From NCBI GenBank assembly GCA_963817955.1, contig CAWFQK010000007.1, positions 64,001-128,000 of the forward strand: a DNA stretch of 64,000 nucleotides, written 5' to 3'. The notes under the pieces are model-generated. The model ran no database searches. It was given only the letters and a program-made list of their open reading frames with translations, and had not been told where the DNA came from. The stretch comes from an uncultured Gemmatimonadaceae bacterium (GTDB lineage Bacteria > Gemmatimonadota > Gemmatimonadetes > Gemmatimonadales > Gemmatimonadaceae). Position numbers and translations under genes: made by a program. This document shows positions 9,681-19,393 of this stretch, in pieces (the stretch's first letter is position 1; every line of letters starts with the position of its first letter).

Positions 9681-10994
9681 TTACTGCTTCAGATTCACCA
9701 GATCCTGTAGCATCTGGTCGCTCGCGGTGATCACCTTGCCATTCGCCTGGAAGCCGCGCTGGGCGACGATCATATCAGTGAACTCCTGCGCGAGATCGAC
9801 GTTCGACATCTCGAGGTTGCCGCTCGCGATGCTCGAGGTAGTGCCTTCACCAGAGTAGCCCAACACCGGCGAGCCGGAATTGGCGGACGTGTTGTACATA
9901 TCGTCGCCCGTGCGAACGAGGCCCGCCGGATTGTTGAAATCGGCGAGAACCAACTGGCCGAGCACCTGCGTCATACCGTTGGTGAATGAGCCGACTACCG
10001 CGCCGCTCGAGTCGATCGTGAAGTTCTGGAGATTACCACTGGCGTTACCATTCTGGCTGCGCATCACAGCGTTGTTCGAGCCGGCGAGTTGCGACAGGCC
10101 GCTCAAGCCGGTGCCGACGTCGAGCGTGATGTCGACGGCTGCGGCGCCGCTGTTCGGCGTGAACGTGATCTCCGGTGGAGTGAATCCGGTAGTATCCACT
10201 GAACCGTCGCTATTGAAGGTGATTGGGTGCGTGCCCTGCACCTCAGTGATGCCGGCCTTTGTGATATCCATGCCTGTCCCGTCGGCCTTCCAGTCCCACG
10301 TGTTCGTGCCGGTCTTCCAGATCACCAGCTTCACCTCCTGCTTGGCGCCGAGGGAATCGTAGGCCGTGATCGACAGGTCCTTGTAGGCATGCGCGTTCTG
10401 CGGAAGCGCGCGCTGGGTGGCATCGAGGGGATCGAGGGTCGTCGCCGTGCCCTTGTCGAACGGCGTTGCTGCCGCGTCGAGATCGCCGGTAAGCGAGATG
10501 GAGGTTGTCGCAACTGCCGCCGCCTGTTCTCCGACTGGAATGGTCACGTCCGTTATGGCATCCGAGAGCTTGCCGCCCACCGACATCCTTCCCTGCAGGG
10601 CAAATCCATTGCCGCCGGCGACCAGCGTGCCCTTCGAGTCGACCTGGAAGTTGCCGGCGCGTGTGTACAGGCTCTGCGAGCCCTGCCTCACAACGAAGAA
10701 CGAGGGGCCCTGGATCGCGAGATCAGTATTGTTGCCCGTCGATTCCAGATTTCCTTGCGTGAACAACGTGTCCACGCTGCCGATCTGTGAGCCGAGACCC
10801 ACCTGCATGGGGTTCAGGCCACCCGTGTCGGGGCGCGCTGCGCTTTCGATAATCTGGGCGTAGCCTTCCTTGAAAGTCACACGTCCGGACTTGAACGCGA
10901 CGGTGTTGACGTTCGCGATGTTGTTGCCGATGACGTCCATCCGGGTCTGCTGGTTGCGAAGACCCGAGACAGCGGCCGAAAGAGAGCGAAGCAT
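9681..10994 (-). CDS. flgE: Flagellar hook protein FlgE
   Basis: IGNNIANVNTVAFK at the N-terminus, YTRAGNF, LEMSNVDLAQEFTDMIVAQRGFQAN. Confidence 0.96.
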   Translation of the reverse strand: MLRSLSAAVSGLRNQQTRMDVIGNNIANVNTVAFKSGRVTFKEGYAQIIESAARPDTGGLNPMQVGLGSQIGSVDTLFTQGNLESTGNNTDLAIQGPSFFVVRQGSQSLYTRAGNFQVDSKGTLVAGGNGFALQGRMSVGGKLSDAITDVTIPVGEQAAAVATTSISLTGDLDAAATPFDKGTATTLDPLDATQRALPQNAHAYKDLSITAYDSLGAKQEVKLVIWKTGTNTWDWKADGTGMDITKAGITEVQGTHPITFNSDGSVDTTGFTPPEITFTPNSGAAAVDITLDVGTGLSGLSQLAGSNNAVMRSQNGNASGNLQNFTIDSSGAVVGSFTNGMTQVLGQLVLADFNNPAGLVRTGDDMYNTSANSGSPVLGYSGEGTTSSIASGNLEMSNVDLAQEFTDMIVAQRGFQANGKVITASDQMLQDLVNLKQ

Positions 10995-11067
10995 TGGTGC
11001 TCCTGGAAAGAGGAAGAGGCGAGCGAATAGCGAATAGGGAAATGCCGATGAGCCGTCGGCGCGCGGA

Positions 11068-11772
11068 TTAGTTCAGGATCTGGATGACGTTGGCGTACGG
11101 GATCACGAGACCGCCGGAGGTGAGGACAAGACCGTTTTGACTGGTGCTCACACCGTCGACGCGGCCGGTGACGTAGGTCTGCACGGTGACGGGCTGGCTG
11201 GAGCTGTCCTTGGCGTCCACCGAATACGTGTACATCCCGTCCGGCAGACCGGAGCTGGCGTCACCGAGGTCGATGCTCTGCTTGCCGGCCTGGAGGGCGC
11301 CCAGCGAGCGGGTACCGACTTCGACACCGGCGCTATCATAGATATGTAAAGTGGCGGAGCTGCTCGCCGCCGCGACGTCTACGGGCACGCTGGTGGAGCC
11401 TGACGTGCCGCCGACTTGAACCTGGTTGCCCATGGCGACCACGGTGTGGCCAATGGTGTTGATCGCCGCCGTTGACTGGATGGCGCCAAGCAGTGAGCCG
11501 GTCGAAGACTGCTGGTCGGTGAGCGTCGTATTGATTTGCTGGAGCTGCTCGAGGGACGAGAACTGGGCGAGCTCCGACGCCATCTGATCGCCTTGCATAG
11601 GATTGAGTGGATCCTGATTCTTCAGCTGTGCCACCAGCATCTGGAGAAATTGATCCTTGCCGAGGGCACCCCCTGCCGCAGCAGCCTCAGTGCCCGCCGC
11701 GGCTACGGTCGGCGTAGTCGTCGCGGCTGTGGTCGCGAAAGTAGCCGGTCTGTACGTCGGTGCGATGATCAT
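11068..11772 (-). CDS. flgD: Hook capping protein FlgD
   Basis: LGKDQFLQMLVAQLKNQDPLNP...LAQFSSLEQ. Start at the ATGA overlap with the upstream gene. Confidence 0.95.
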   Translation of the reverse strand: MIIAPTYRPATFATTAATTTPTVAAAGTEAAAAGGALGKDQFLQMLVAQLKNQDPLNPMQGDQMASELAQFSSLEQLQQINTTLTDQQSSTGSLLGAIQSTAAINTIGHTVVAMGNQVQVGGTSGSTSVPVDVAAASSSATLHIYDSAGVEVGTRSLGALQAGKQSIDLGDASSGLPDGMYTYSVDAKDSSSQPVTVQTYVTGRVDGVSTSQNGLVLTSGGLVIPYANVIQILN

Positions 11773-13469
11773 TGCTGTGAACCTCTGCGCTGGTCGCGCT
11801 GTTGTTGGCGGCGCTCGCTCTGTGACTGCTGGCGCTCGCGCGGTTCCCACTCGCCGCCGCGCGGCGAACGGCCGTTCGTTGATGCATCTGACGTGCTCTT
11901 TCCAGTTGGCGCGCCGGCGCCGGCGACCGCCGAGGCGCCGCCGCGTACCTGCAGCGACTCCAACTCGGCGCCGTCGCGGGTGAGGGCGCGCACGAGTTCG
12001 TCGCTATGCCCGCTCATCGCCTGTGCGCCCCGTGCGTCCCCCGCGTCGATTGCCGCGCTCACCGTCGAGCCGTGGAGCGTAACGCGTACGCGATCCGTGA
12101 TCCCGGCTCCGGCGTCCACGGCCAGCGTGATCTGTGACAGGGGTCGCACCGGCGCCTGATCGAGCGCTTCGAGCACGCGCGCCGTGCGATCGGCACTCGA
12201 CGGCCCGGAGACGGATGACACGCCATTGGCGCTCCGCGGTGATGCCGGTTGGTCGCGAAGCGCGAACGCCGAATCGAGTGCGCCGTATGCAGCGCGCTGA
12301 TCGATCGTTCCCTGCTGCGGCGCATGACCATTGTTCCGTGCATTCTTATTGGATCCACCGCCGAACGACTGCATGTTGCTCTGTCCCGCCGTTGCCGGCT
12401 GTGACGAAGGCGTTCCGCTGTTCACCGGGGCAACCGGTGCGGTGAATTGCTGCGGTGCTTTGGCTCCTGCTCCGTCACGCGGCGTCCAGGGAATGTTCAC
12501 GACCTGCGCAGGCGTTCCGGTGCCAAGATCTGCGACCTGCACGGATGCTCCTGTGCCGAGATCTGCGAATTGCTTGGGCGCTCTGGTGCCGAGCGTTGCG
12601 AATTGCTTGGGCGCTCCGGTGCCGGGAGCTGCGATCTGCGCGACTGGCGCCACATGCGCGACTTGCGCGATCTGCGCGATAGGAGACAACGGAACGAGTC
12701 CCGGGCGCGTCGCATCAGCCGGCGCGGCGGGGAATGCCTTCATCGAGCTGTTCGCAACGGCACCGGCTCCAATTCCTGGGAGCTCGACGTGGCCCGGATC
12801 GCGCGCACCAAGCGTGCGTAATCCTTCTTCGTTTGCGATACGCTGTAGCGCTGCGTAGGCAGACAGCGGCGCGTTGCCTGAGTCGAGCACGAGATCTGCC
12901 GCGCGTCCCTGCGTGTGCTTTGAGTTCTGCGTCCACGTAACGACTGGACCCGCAGTCTCGCGACCTTGCGCAAATAGCGAGTTTTGCCGGGTCTGGCTGC
13001 GAAATGTCTCGCTGATCGTCGCGTCGTGACCTGTCTCATTGCGGACACGGGAGATGACACGCGCCAACTTCGTCTGCAATGCCGGATCGAGCGCGCTAAC
13101 GGAGCGCACCACGTTAGCACTCGCAGCCGCACTCGCAGCCGCACTCGCAGCCGCACTCGCAGCCGCACTTACGGTCGCGATCGCCGCAGCGGGGAAGGAG
13201 GCAGTTGATCCAGGTTGCCCAGCAGCGGCGTTTGCGTCACCATCGCCGGCCGATCCGCCCTCTTCGCCAGGAGCATCCTTCCCCGTCGTCTGGTCGAGAT
13301 CGGACGTTCCATCGGGCTTCGGCGTGGGACGTAGTGCCGGTGCGTGCGCCTGCGCGGCGGCGAGCATCCCAGCGAACTCCGGCGCGCGTTCGGCATCGTG
13401 TCGTGCGTCGAATGCGCGTGTGTCGTCGGCTGTCGTGATCGGCGAGAACGCTGCGAGGGCAATGGTCAC
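11769..13469 (-). CDS. FliK-like hook-length control protein with internal M15 (VanY/CwlK-like) zinc peptidase domain
   Basis: Canonical fliK position upstream of flgD, low-complexity A/P/Q linker, and a Flg_hook-like C-terminus (RVRVTLHGSTVSAAI...LVRALTRDGAELESLQV). Internal motifs TFRSQTRQ..LFAQGR, SKHTQGRAAD and DPGHVEL. Confidence 0.75.
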   Translation of the reverse strand: MTIALAAFSPITTADDTRAFDARHDAERAPEFAGMLAAAQAHAPALRPTPKPDGTSDLDQTTGKDAPGEEGGSAGDGDANAAAGQPGSTASFPAAAIATVSAAASAAASAAASAAASANVVRSVSALDPALQTKLARVISRVRNETGHDATISETFRSQTRQNSLFAQGRETAGPVVTWTQNSKHTQGRAADLVLDSGNAPLSAYAALQRIANEEGLRTLGARDPGHVELPGIGAGAVANSSMKAFPAAPADATRPGLVPLSPIAQIAQVAHVAPVAQIAAPGTGAPKQFATLGTRAPKQFADLGTGASVQVADLGTGTPAQVVNIPWTPRDGAGAKAPQQFTAPVAPVNSGTPSSQPATAGQSNMQSFGGGSNKNARNNGHAPQQGTIDQRAAYGALDSAFALRDQPASPRSANGVSSVSGPSSADRTARVLEALDQAPVRPLSQITLAVDAGAGITDRVRVTLHGSTVSAAIDAGDARGAQAMSGHSDELVRALTRDGAELESLQVRGGASAVAGAGAPTGKSTSDASTNGRSPRGGEWEPRERQQSQSERRQQQRDQRRGSQQ

Positions 13470-14089
13470 TGCTTCCGTCCTTGCAAGGCGAGCTTGCTCA
13501 AAGTGGCGACTCGTTCAGGTGGCAGCGCGGCCAGAATCGACGCTGCCTGACGCGTACCGACATAGCCGAGAATGATTTGGACGTCGCCGTCGGCCATATG
13601 CTCGAGCACCTTGGCAGCCTGCTTCGCATCCATGGATGTGAACACCTTGGCGACGCGGCGTTGCGAGGCCTCGGTCGCCGTATCGAGTGGTGCTTTCACA
13701 GCCGATTTTTTCGGCGCCGATACAGTCGGCTCCGCCAAAGTCGGCGTCGCTGTCTTTGTCGGTGCCGGTTCGGGTGCCAGCGCCGGTGCTGGTGTCGGTG
13801 CCAGCGCCGGTGCTGGTGTAGTCGCCGCTGGTGACGGAACCGCGCTGGCGAGTTGCTTCGCCGAATCGACAACCGCTACCGGCGCGCGCGCCGTGTCGAC
13901 TGGGGGCGCGGCTGCGGGCTGTCCCGACGCGACGACGGCTGTGTCGGCATGCGTCGAGTCCGCGGCATTCGCCGAGGAACCCGCCTCTGGCGGTGGGGTC
14001 ACCGGTGGCTTGGTCAGTAGTACTTTCGCGCCGGTGGACCCCGCCAATGCGACGGCGAACGTCAGTGCGAACACGACGACGGGTTTCAT
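13466..14089 (-). CDS. MotE/FlbB-like flagellar protein (MgtE N-terminal-like domain)
   Basis: N-terminal signal/TM, Pro/Ala-rich linker, C-terminal VAKVFTSMDAKQAAKVLEHM...AASILAALPPE; follows fliJ. Confidence 0.75.
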   Translation of the reverse strand: MKPVVVFALTFAVALAGSTGAKVLLTKPPVTPPPEAGSSANAADSTHADTAVVASGQPAAAPPVDTARAPVAVVDSAKQLASAVPSPAATTPAPALAPTPAPALAPEPAPTKTATPTLAEPTVSAPKKSAVKAPLDTATEASQRRVAKVFTSMDAKQAAKVLEHMADGDVQIILGYVGTRQAASILAALPPERVATLSKLALQGRKQ

Positions 14090-14547
14090 GCCGTTGCTGT
14101 CCCCGGATCGTCTTCACGACGCGTGAAGCGCGTCAGGGCCAGCTCGTCCATCTGCCGCATCTCTTGCGCGTTGTCCTCCACGCGCCAGGTGGCGAAATGG
14201 CGATCGCGCAATCGGCTCAGCACGCGGCGCGCCTGCAGCGCCGAGGTGAGGTCGGTGCGGGCTTGCGCCACGAGCTGCTCGGCCATTTCGACGCGCGACT
14301 GTGCGTCCACGATGTGATGGTTGAGTTGCTCGATGACGTAGCCAATGGTCTTGAGCTGACCGATGGTCGGCTCGTGCGCGGTGCGCAGCGCGGCGGAGCC
14401 GCTTTGGCGAATCGTCTCCAGGGCCTTCTGCGCCAGGCGTGCTTCATTCGCCGCAGTCTCCGCGTCGGCTAGCTTGGCGGCGACTTGCTTCTCATGCTGC
14501 TCGCGCAGCTCCAGCACCTGCTGAAGACGGAACTTGAACGCGCTCAT
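14086..14547 (-). CDS. fliJ: Flagellar export chaperone FliJ
   Basis: FKFRLQQVLELRE...QEMRQMDELA; follows fliI. Confidence 0.92.
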   Translation of the reverse strand: MSAFKFRLQQVLELREQHEKQVAAKLADAETAANEARLAQKALETIRQSGSAALRTAHEPTIGQLKTIGYVIEQLNHHIVDAQSRVEMAEQLVAQARTDLTSALQARRVLSRLRDRHFATWRVEDNAQEMRQMDELALTRFTRREDDPGTATA

Positions 14548-15878
14548 GGCGACCTCCTCGTCGTTTGGTCGATCTGCTGTGCGAGCGAGACGAGCGCACG
14601 TCTCGACGCGTCGTAATCGGAATTCTCTTCCGGCGTCTGTTGCAGGAAGTCCAGCATTTGCGGACGCAGGCGGAGCGCAGCATCCACGCTGCGGTCGCTG
14701 CCTTGGTTATATGCGCCCACGAGAATGAGATCCTCTTTCTCGCGATACGCAGCTTCGAGTCGTGCGACGGCGTTCGCCGCCCCGCGATGGTCTGGCGAGA
14801 TGACGTGATCCCGTACGCGGCTCTTGCTCTCCAGAATGTCGATTGACGGATAGTGTCCGGCGCCGGCCAGCTTGCGCGTGAGGACGATGTGTCCGTCGAG
14901 AATCGAGCGACTGGCGTCGGCGATCGGTTCGTTGAAATCGTCACCGTCCACCAGCACGGTGTAGACGCCGGTGATACTGCCGGTGCTGGCGCTTCCCGCG
15001 CGTTCGAGCAGGCGCGGAAGCGCCGCGAAGACCGACGGTGGATAGCCCTTTGTCGTCGGTGGCTCTCCGACGGCCAGGCCAATCTCACGCCACGCCATTG
15101 CGACGCGGGTCACGGAGTCCACCATCAGGAGTACTTCCTTCCCTTGATTACGGAAGTACTCGGCGATCGACGTGGCGACGAGCGCACCGCGAGCGCGCAC
15201 GAGCGCGGCTTGATCGCCTGTAGCGACGACGACGACGGAGCGTGCCAGCCCTTCGGCGCCCAGAGAGTTCTCGATGAAATCGCGCACTTCGCGGCCGCGC
15301 TCGCCGAGCAGCGCGATGACATTGACGTCGGCCTTCGCACGACGCGCAATCATACCGAGCAGCGTACTCTTGCCGACGCCCGAACCGGCGAAGATGCCGA
15401 TACGCTGTCCCTTTCCGAGTGTCAGAAATCCGTCAATCGCGCGAACGCCGGTCTCCAGCGGCTGGCTGATGATCTGGCGCTCGAGCGGGTGGGGCGGCTC
15501 GGCGGAGAGGGGCATACGCTGCGCGTGATCGACGCGTCCCTTGCTGTCGATCGGATGACCGAGGCCGTTCAGCACGCGGCCGAGCAGTCCGGGCCCAACG
15601 TCCGCCCCAAAGCTGCGGCCCATGGGGGTGACACTGCTGCCCGGATGCAGGCCGTCGATGTCGCCGAGCGGCATGAGCAGCACACCGCGTTCGTGAAAGC
15701 CGACGACTTCCGCGAGCACGGATTTCTCTTCGGACAGGCTGGTCACACGGCACAGCTCACCGAGACCGACGTCGAGCCCGGCCGCCTCGATGACGAGGCC
15801 GACGACGCGCGTGACGCGTCCCATGCGGTAGATCCTTGGCAGGTCGCCGATGCGCGACGCGAGACGATTACGAAGCAT
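14544..15878 (-). CDS. fliI: Flagellar export ATPase FliI
   Basis: GQRIGIFAGSGVGKST, GERGREV, GEPPTTKGYPPS. Start trimmed to ATG 15878. Confidence 0.96.
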   Translation of the reverse strand: MLRNRLASRIGDLPRIYRMGRVTRVVGLVIEAAGLDVGLGELCRVTSLSEEKSVLAEVVGFHERGVLLMPLGDIDGLHPGSSVTPMGRSFGADVGPGLLGRVLNGLGHPIDSKGRVDHAQRMPLSAEPPHPLERQIISQPLETGVRAIDGFLTLGKGQRIGIFAGSGVGKSTLLGMIARRAKADVNVIALLGERGREVRDFIENSLGAEGLARSVVVVATGDQAALVRARGALVATSIAEYFRNQGKEVLLMVDSVTRVAMAWREIGLAVGEPPTTKGYPPSVFAALPRLLERAGSASTGSITGVYTVLVDGDDFNEPIADASRSILDGHIVLTRKLAGAGHYPSIDILESKSRVRDHVISPDHRGAANAVARLEAAYREKEDLILVGAYNQGSDRSVDAALRLRPQMLDFLQQTPEENSDYDASRRALVSLAQQIDQTTRRSP

Positions 15879-16551
15879 CGATCTGCGCCATTCGGTGATA
15901 GGCGCGTTCGAGCGCCGTGTCCACACGGCCGTCCACGATGCGATCGCGTCCTTCGACGAGACAGCCACCGCGCGCCACGCGCGCGTCGGCAAGCCAACTC
16001 ACGTCGCGTGCGCCCGTGATCGGAGCCATTCCGCCTTCGTTCAGCGTGAGCAGCGATAGGTCGAGCGGGTGGACGCGGATGCGGGTGCTCTGATCGACCG
16101 GAAACTCGGTCAGTGCGCGGCGAACGAGATCCGCGACGAGCTCGCGCGCCACGCTCACCTCGCGCGCGACGATCTGGCGCGCCACGATGACGGCGAGCGC
16201 AGCGATATTCTCTTCGAGAATCGACGGCGCGAGGGCCGCCACGTCGCGGACCTCGCCCGTGATCTTGTCGATGACGGCGAGCGCTTTGGTGACGCGAGCC
16301 TGCGCGGCAGCGAGACCCTTCTTCTCGCCGTCGGCAAGTCCGCGTGCGTACGCCTCATCGATCATTTGCGCGCGTTCCTGGGCCGAGGGTCCGGCGTTCA
16401 TCGCGCTGGCCGGCGCGCCGGCCAGCGATGCCTCGATCGGAAGCGCGGCCACGGCAAGCTCGTCGAGCGCCCACACGCCGGCGGGCGCCGCGCCGTCGAC
16501 CGGCGTGGCGCGCACCGACGCGAGGCCGATGGCTCTATGCGACGATGTCAT
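15868..16551 (-). CDS. fliH: Flagellar assembly protein FliH
   Basis: AxxxGxxxG repeats, IRVHPLDL, GGCLVE; between fliG and fliI. Confidence 0.88.
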   Translation of the reverse strand: MTSSHRAIGLASVRATPVDGAAPAGVWALDELAVAALPIEASLAGAPASAMNAGPSAQERAQMIDEAYARGLADGEKKGLAAAQARVTKALAVIDKITGEVRDVAALAPSILEENIAALAVIVARQIVAREVSVARELVADLVRRALTEFPVDQSTRIRVHPLDLSLLTLNEGGMAPITGARDVSWLADARVARGGCLVEGRDRIVDGRVDTALERAYHRMAQIDAS

Positions 16552-17566
16552 CCGCCGCTCCGCCGACCACGATTTCGCCGGCGTCTTCGAGTTTGCGAAT
16601 CATGGCGACGATCGCCGTCTGCGCCGACTCGACGTCGCGCTTGCGTGCCGGCCCGAGCATCTCCAGCTCTTCCTTCAAGGCAGCAGCGGCGCGTTGCGAC
16701 ATGGCGCCCATGATCTTGTTCTTGACCTCGTTCGATGCCGTCTTGAGCGCCAGCGCCAACTCCTTGACGTCGATCTCGCGCAGCAGCCGCTGAAGCGACC
16801 GGTCGTCGAGGCTGACAACGTCCTCGAAGACGAACATGAGATTGCGAATCTGCTCGCAGAGCGCCGGGTCGCGCTCTTCCACGCCGCGCATGATCGCCTT
16901 CTCGAGCGACGGCGCCACGAGGTTGAGCACATCGGCCACCACCGCCGGTCCGCCGGAGGTCGTCAGTCCCTGCGTCGGCGCCAGATCGGTCTCGGTGAGA
17001 ATCGACCGCTCGATGAGTACGAGCATGTCCGGCGAAACCTTCTCCATACGCGCCATACGCAGAACCACTTCGGCCCCGAAGGACGGATCGAGCTCCTTGA
17101 GGACGCCTGCCGTATGTTGTGCTTCGAGATGCGCCAGAATCAGCGCCACCGTCTGCGGGTGTTCGCCACGCAGCATGTTGCCGAGCTGCTGGGCGTCGGC
17201 CGTGCGCAGACGATGCAGGCCCGCTGTCTCGGAAATCTGTGCTTGAATGCGCTTGAGGATGGCTGCTGCCTTCGGGACGCCGAAGGCTCGTTCGAGCACC
17301 TCGCGCGCGTACTCGACGCCGCCGGATGCGATCGAGTCTGCCGCGAACATCACATCGATCCACTCGGCGAGCACTGCCTCGGTGGCCTCGGTGCTCACAC
17401 GATCCATGCGCGCGATCTCGAACGAGATCTGCTCCACCTCTTCGTGCGCAAGCTTCTGCGTAATCAGCGACGCAGACTCGGAGCCCAACACCATGCACAG
17501 GATCGCCGCCTTCTGGGCGCCGGTGAGCTGGTCGAGCTGGTGCGAGCGCGCGAGGTTGGTCGCCAT
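16535..17566 (-). CDS. fliG: Flagellar motor switch protein FliG
   Basis: GAQKAAIL, EHPQTVALIL, MFVFED, MSQRAA motifs. Confidence 0.97.
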   Translation of the reverse strand: MATNLARSHQLDQLTGAQKAAILCMVLGSESASLITQKLAHEEVEQISFEIARMDRVSTEATEAVLAEWIDVMFAADSIASGGVEYAREVLERAFGVPKAAAILKRIQAQISETAGLHRLRTADAQQLGNMLRGEHPQTVALILAHLEAQHTAGVLKELDPSFGAEVVLRMARMEKVSPDMLVLIERSILTETDLAPTQGLTTSGGPAVVADVLNLVAPSLEKAIMRGVEERDPALCEQIRNLMFVFEDVVSLDDRSLQRLLREIDVKELALALKTASNEVKNKIMGAMSQRAAAALKEELEMLGPARKRDVESAQTAIVAMIRKLEDAGEIVVGGAADDIVA

Positions 17567-17569
17567 GGC

Positions 17570-19048
17570 CTAGGCCTCCTTCAGCCACGCGCGCACTACG
17601 CGTGTAGCGACCTCGGGCTGTTGCTGGATCGACGAGTTCACCTTGTCTCGGACCGTATTCGTCGGCAGCACCAGCGGCATACTCGGCCCCGATGAGAGCG
17701 CCGGCTGCTGCCTCAATTCGCCGCGTGGAAGCGAGAGGAGTTGCGATTCATTCACCGATCCCCCGGTCTTGAGCGACTTGAGGCTGATGAGCGCGACGAT
17801 GATGATGAGGACGAGGCCGAGCACGCCGAGCAGTGGACGTTGCGCCGTCTGGACGACCCTTACGATGTCCGTTCGCGGCACATCGGCGATCGGTACGATG
17901 ATCGGCGCGAACGGCACGCTCACCACCGACACGACGTCGCCGCGAGTGCTATCTGCCCCCACGGCGCTGCGCACCAGCGTTTCGATCTGTTGCAGCTCGG
18001 CCGCGGTGCGTGGGGTGGGGGCGGCCTTGCTACCGGCTACGGCGGCGCGGTCGCCGACGAGCACGGCCACCGTCAGTCGTTTGATGGTGCCCGGGGCGGC
18101 GACGAAATTTTCGGTGCTGTGCGTGTTCTCGTACGTAGTCGAGGTGTTGTTCTGCCCCGCGCCGCCCTGGGCACCAGGCACGATCTCAGCTTTCTGTTCG
18201 GCGGCGACAACCTGTTTGTCGGGATCGACGGAGGCGACGGTGCGCTCGACGTGATCGAAGCTCATGGCCGCGGACACCTGTACCCGCAGATTGTTCGTGC
18301 CCACCATCTCCGCGACGATCTTCTCCGCCTTCGTGCGCAGATAGTCTTCGATCTCGCGCTGCATCGAGAGCTGCCGGCTCGTCAAGCCGGTCGGCGATGA
18401 CGCTTCTTCCGCTTCCGAAAGCAGACGTCCGCTGTCGTCGACGATGGTGACGTGTTCACTGACCAAGCCTTCCACGCTGGACGCGACGAGGTGCGCAATG
18501 CCCTTGACGACTTCGGGATCGGCGTCGCCCTTCAGCTTGAGCACGACGCTCGCTTCCGTCGGGCGATCGGCCGCGGCAAATCCGTCGGTCTCGTGCAGAA
18601 CGAGATGGACCTGAGCGGCGTCGATGCCGCGCATCTTGCCGACGGTGCGTTCGAGCTCACCTTCGAGCGCCCGCCTGTAGTTGATGCGTTGCGTGAAATC
18701 CGTCATGCCCCACGACGGCTGGTCGAACAACTCGAGGCCCGGCCGCCCGCTGTTGGGCATGCCGCCCTTGGCGAGTGCCACACGCGCCTTGGCTAGATCG
18801 GTGGCTGCGACCAGGATGTCTGCGCCACCGCGCTCGAGGCGGTATTTCACTCCCGCCTGATCGAGCTTGTCCACCATCTGCGCCACGCTTTCGAGCGGAA
18901 CGCCCGTGAAGGCCGGCACCCATGTCGGAGCGCTCGCCCATTGGGACACGGCGAAGATGAGGCCGGCCGCGGCAAGCCCGACCACAATGATCAGAGCACG
19001 CCGTGGTCCACCAACGCGGTCGAAGAGTTGGGACATCATGTCAGGCAT
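17570..19048 (-). CDS. fliF: Flagellar MS-ring protein FliF
   Basis: GLELFD...TDFTQRINYRRALEGELERT, ASSVEGL, two TM segments. Confidence 0.96.
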   Translation of the reverse strand: MPDMMSQLFDRVGGPRRALIIVVGLAAAGLIFAVSQWASAPTWVPAFTGVPLESVAQMVDKLDQAGVKYRLERGGADILVAATDLAKARVALAKGGMPNSGRPGLELFDQPSWGMTDFTQRINYRRALEGELERTVGKMRGIDAAQVHLVLHETDGFAAADRPTEASVVLKLKGDADPEVVKGIAHLVASSVEGLVSEHVTIVDDSGRLLSEAEEASSPTGLTSRQLSMQREIEDYLRTKAEKIVAEMVGTNNLRVQVSAAMSFDHVERTVASVDPDKQVVAAEQKAEIVPGAQGGAGQNNTSTTYENTHSTENFVAAPGTIKRLTVAVLVGDRAAVAGSKAAPTPRTAAELQQIETLVRSAVGADSTRGDVVSVVSVPFAPIIVPIADVPRTDIVRVVQTAQRPLLGVLGLVLIIIVALISLKSLKTGGSVNESQLLSLPRGELRQQPALSSGPSMPLVLPTNTVRDKVNSSIQQQPEVATRVVRAWLKEA

Positions 19049-19056
19049 CTATTGCA

Positions 19057-19392
19057 TCATCCCATGTTCACGACGGACTTGTACGCATCCATCAGCTTGT
19101 TGCGCAGTTCGACGAGCATCTCGAGCGAGAGCTGTGCTTCTTCCGCCGCGGCCATCACCTGGTGAAGCTCCACCGGTTCGCCGCGCACGAAGCGCTGGAT
19201 GTAGTCCTGCGCCGTGTCCTGCGACGTCGAGACTTCACCGATTGCGCGTTTCAGCGAATCGCCGAACGACGTTCCACCGATCGATGGCTGCGATACCCGC
19301 GCAATGCCGTTTTCTCCGGCGATGTCGAGTCCAATGCGCCGCGGACCAATGCTGCCCCCTGATCCGCCGAGACCACTGATCGGTGCCGTCAT
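19057..19392 (-). CDS. fliE: Flagellar hook-basal body protein FliE
   Basis: LHQVMAAAEEAQLSLEMLVELRNKLMDAYK. Confidence 0.93.
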   Translation of the reverse strand: MTAPISGLGGSGGSIGPRRIGLDIAGENGIARVSQPSIGGTSFGDSLKRAIGEVSTSQDTAQDYIQRFVRGEPVELHQVMAAAEEAQLSLEMLVELRNKLMDAYKSVVNMG

Positions 19393-19393
19393 G

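Noticed and set aside
1991..19048. Non-flagellar injectisome T3SS
   Set aside because: The export genes sit with rod, hook, switch and flagellin genes, so the system is flagellar.
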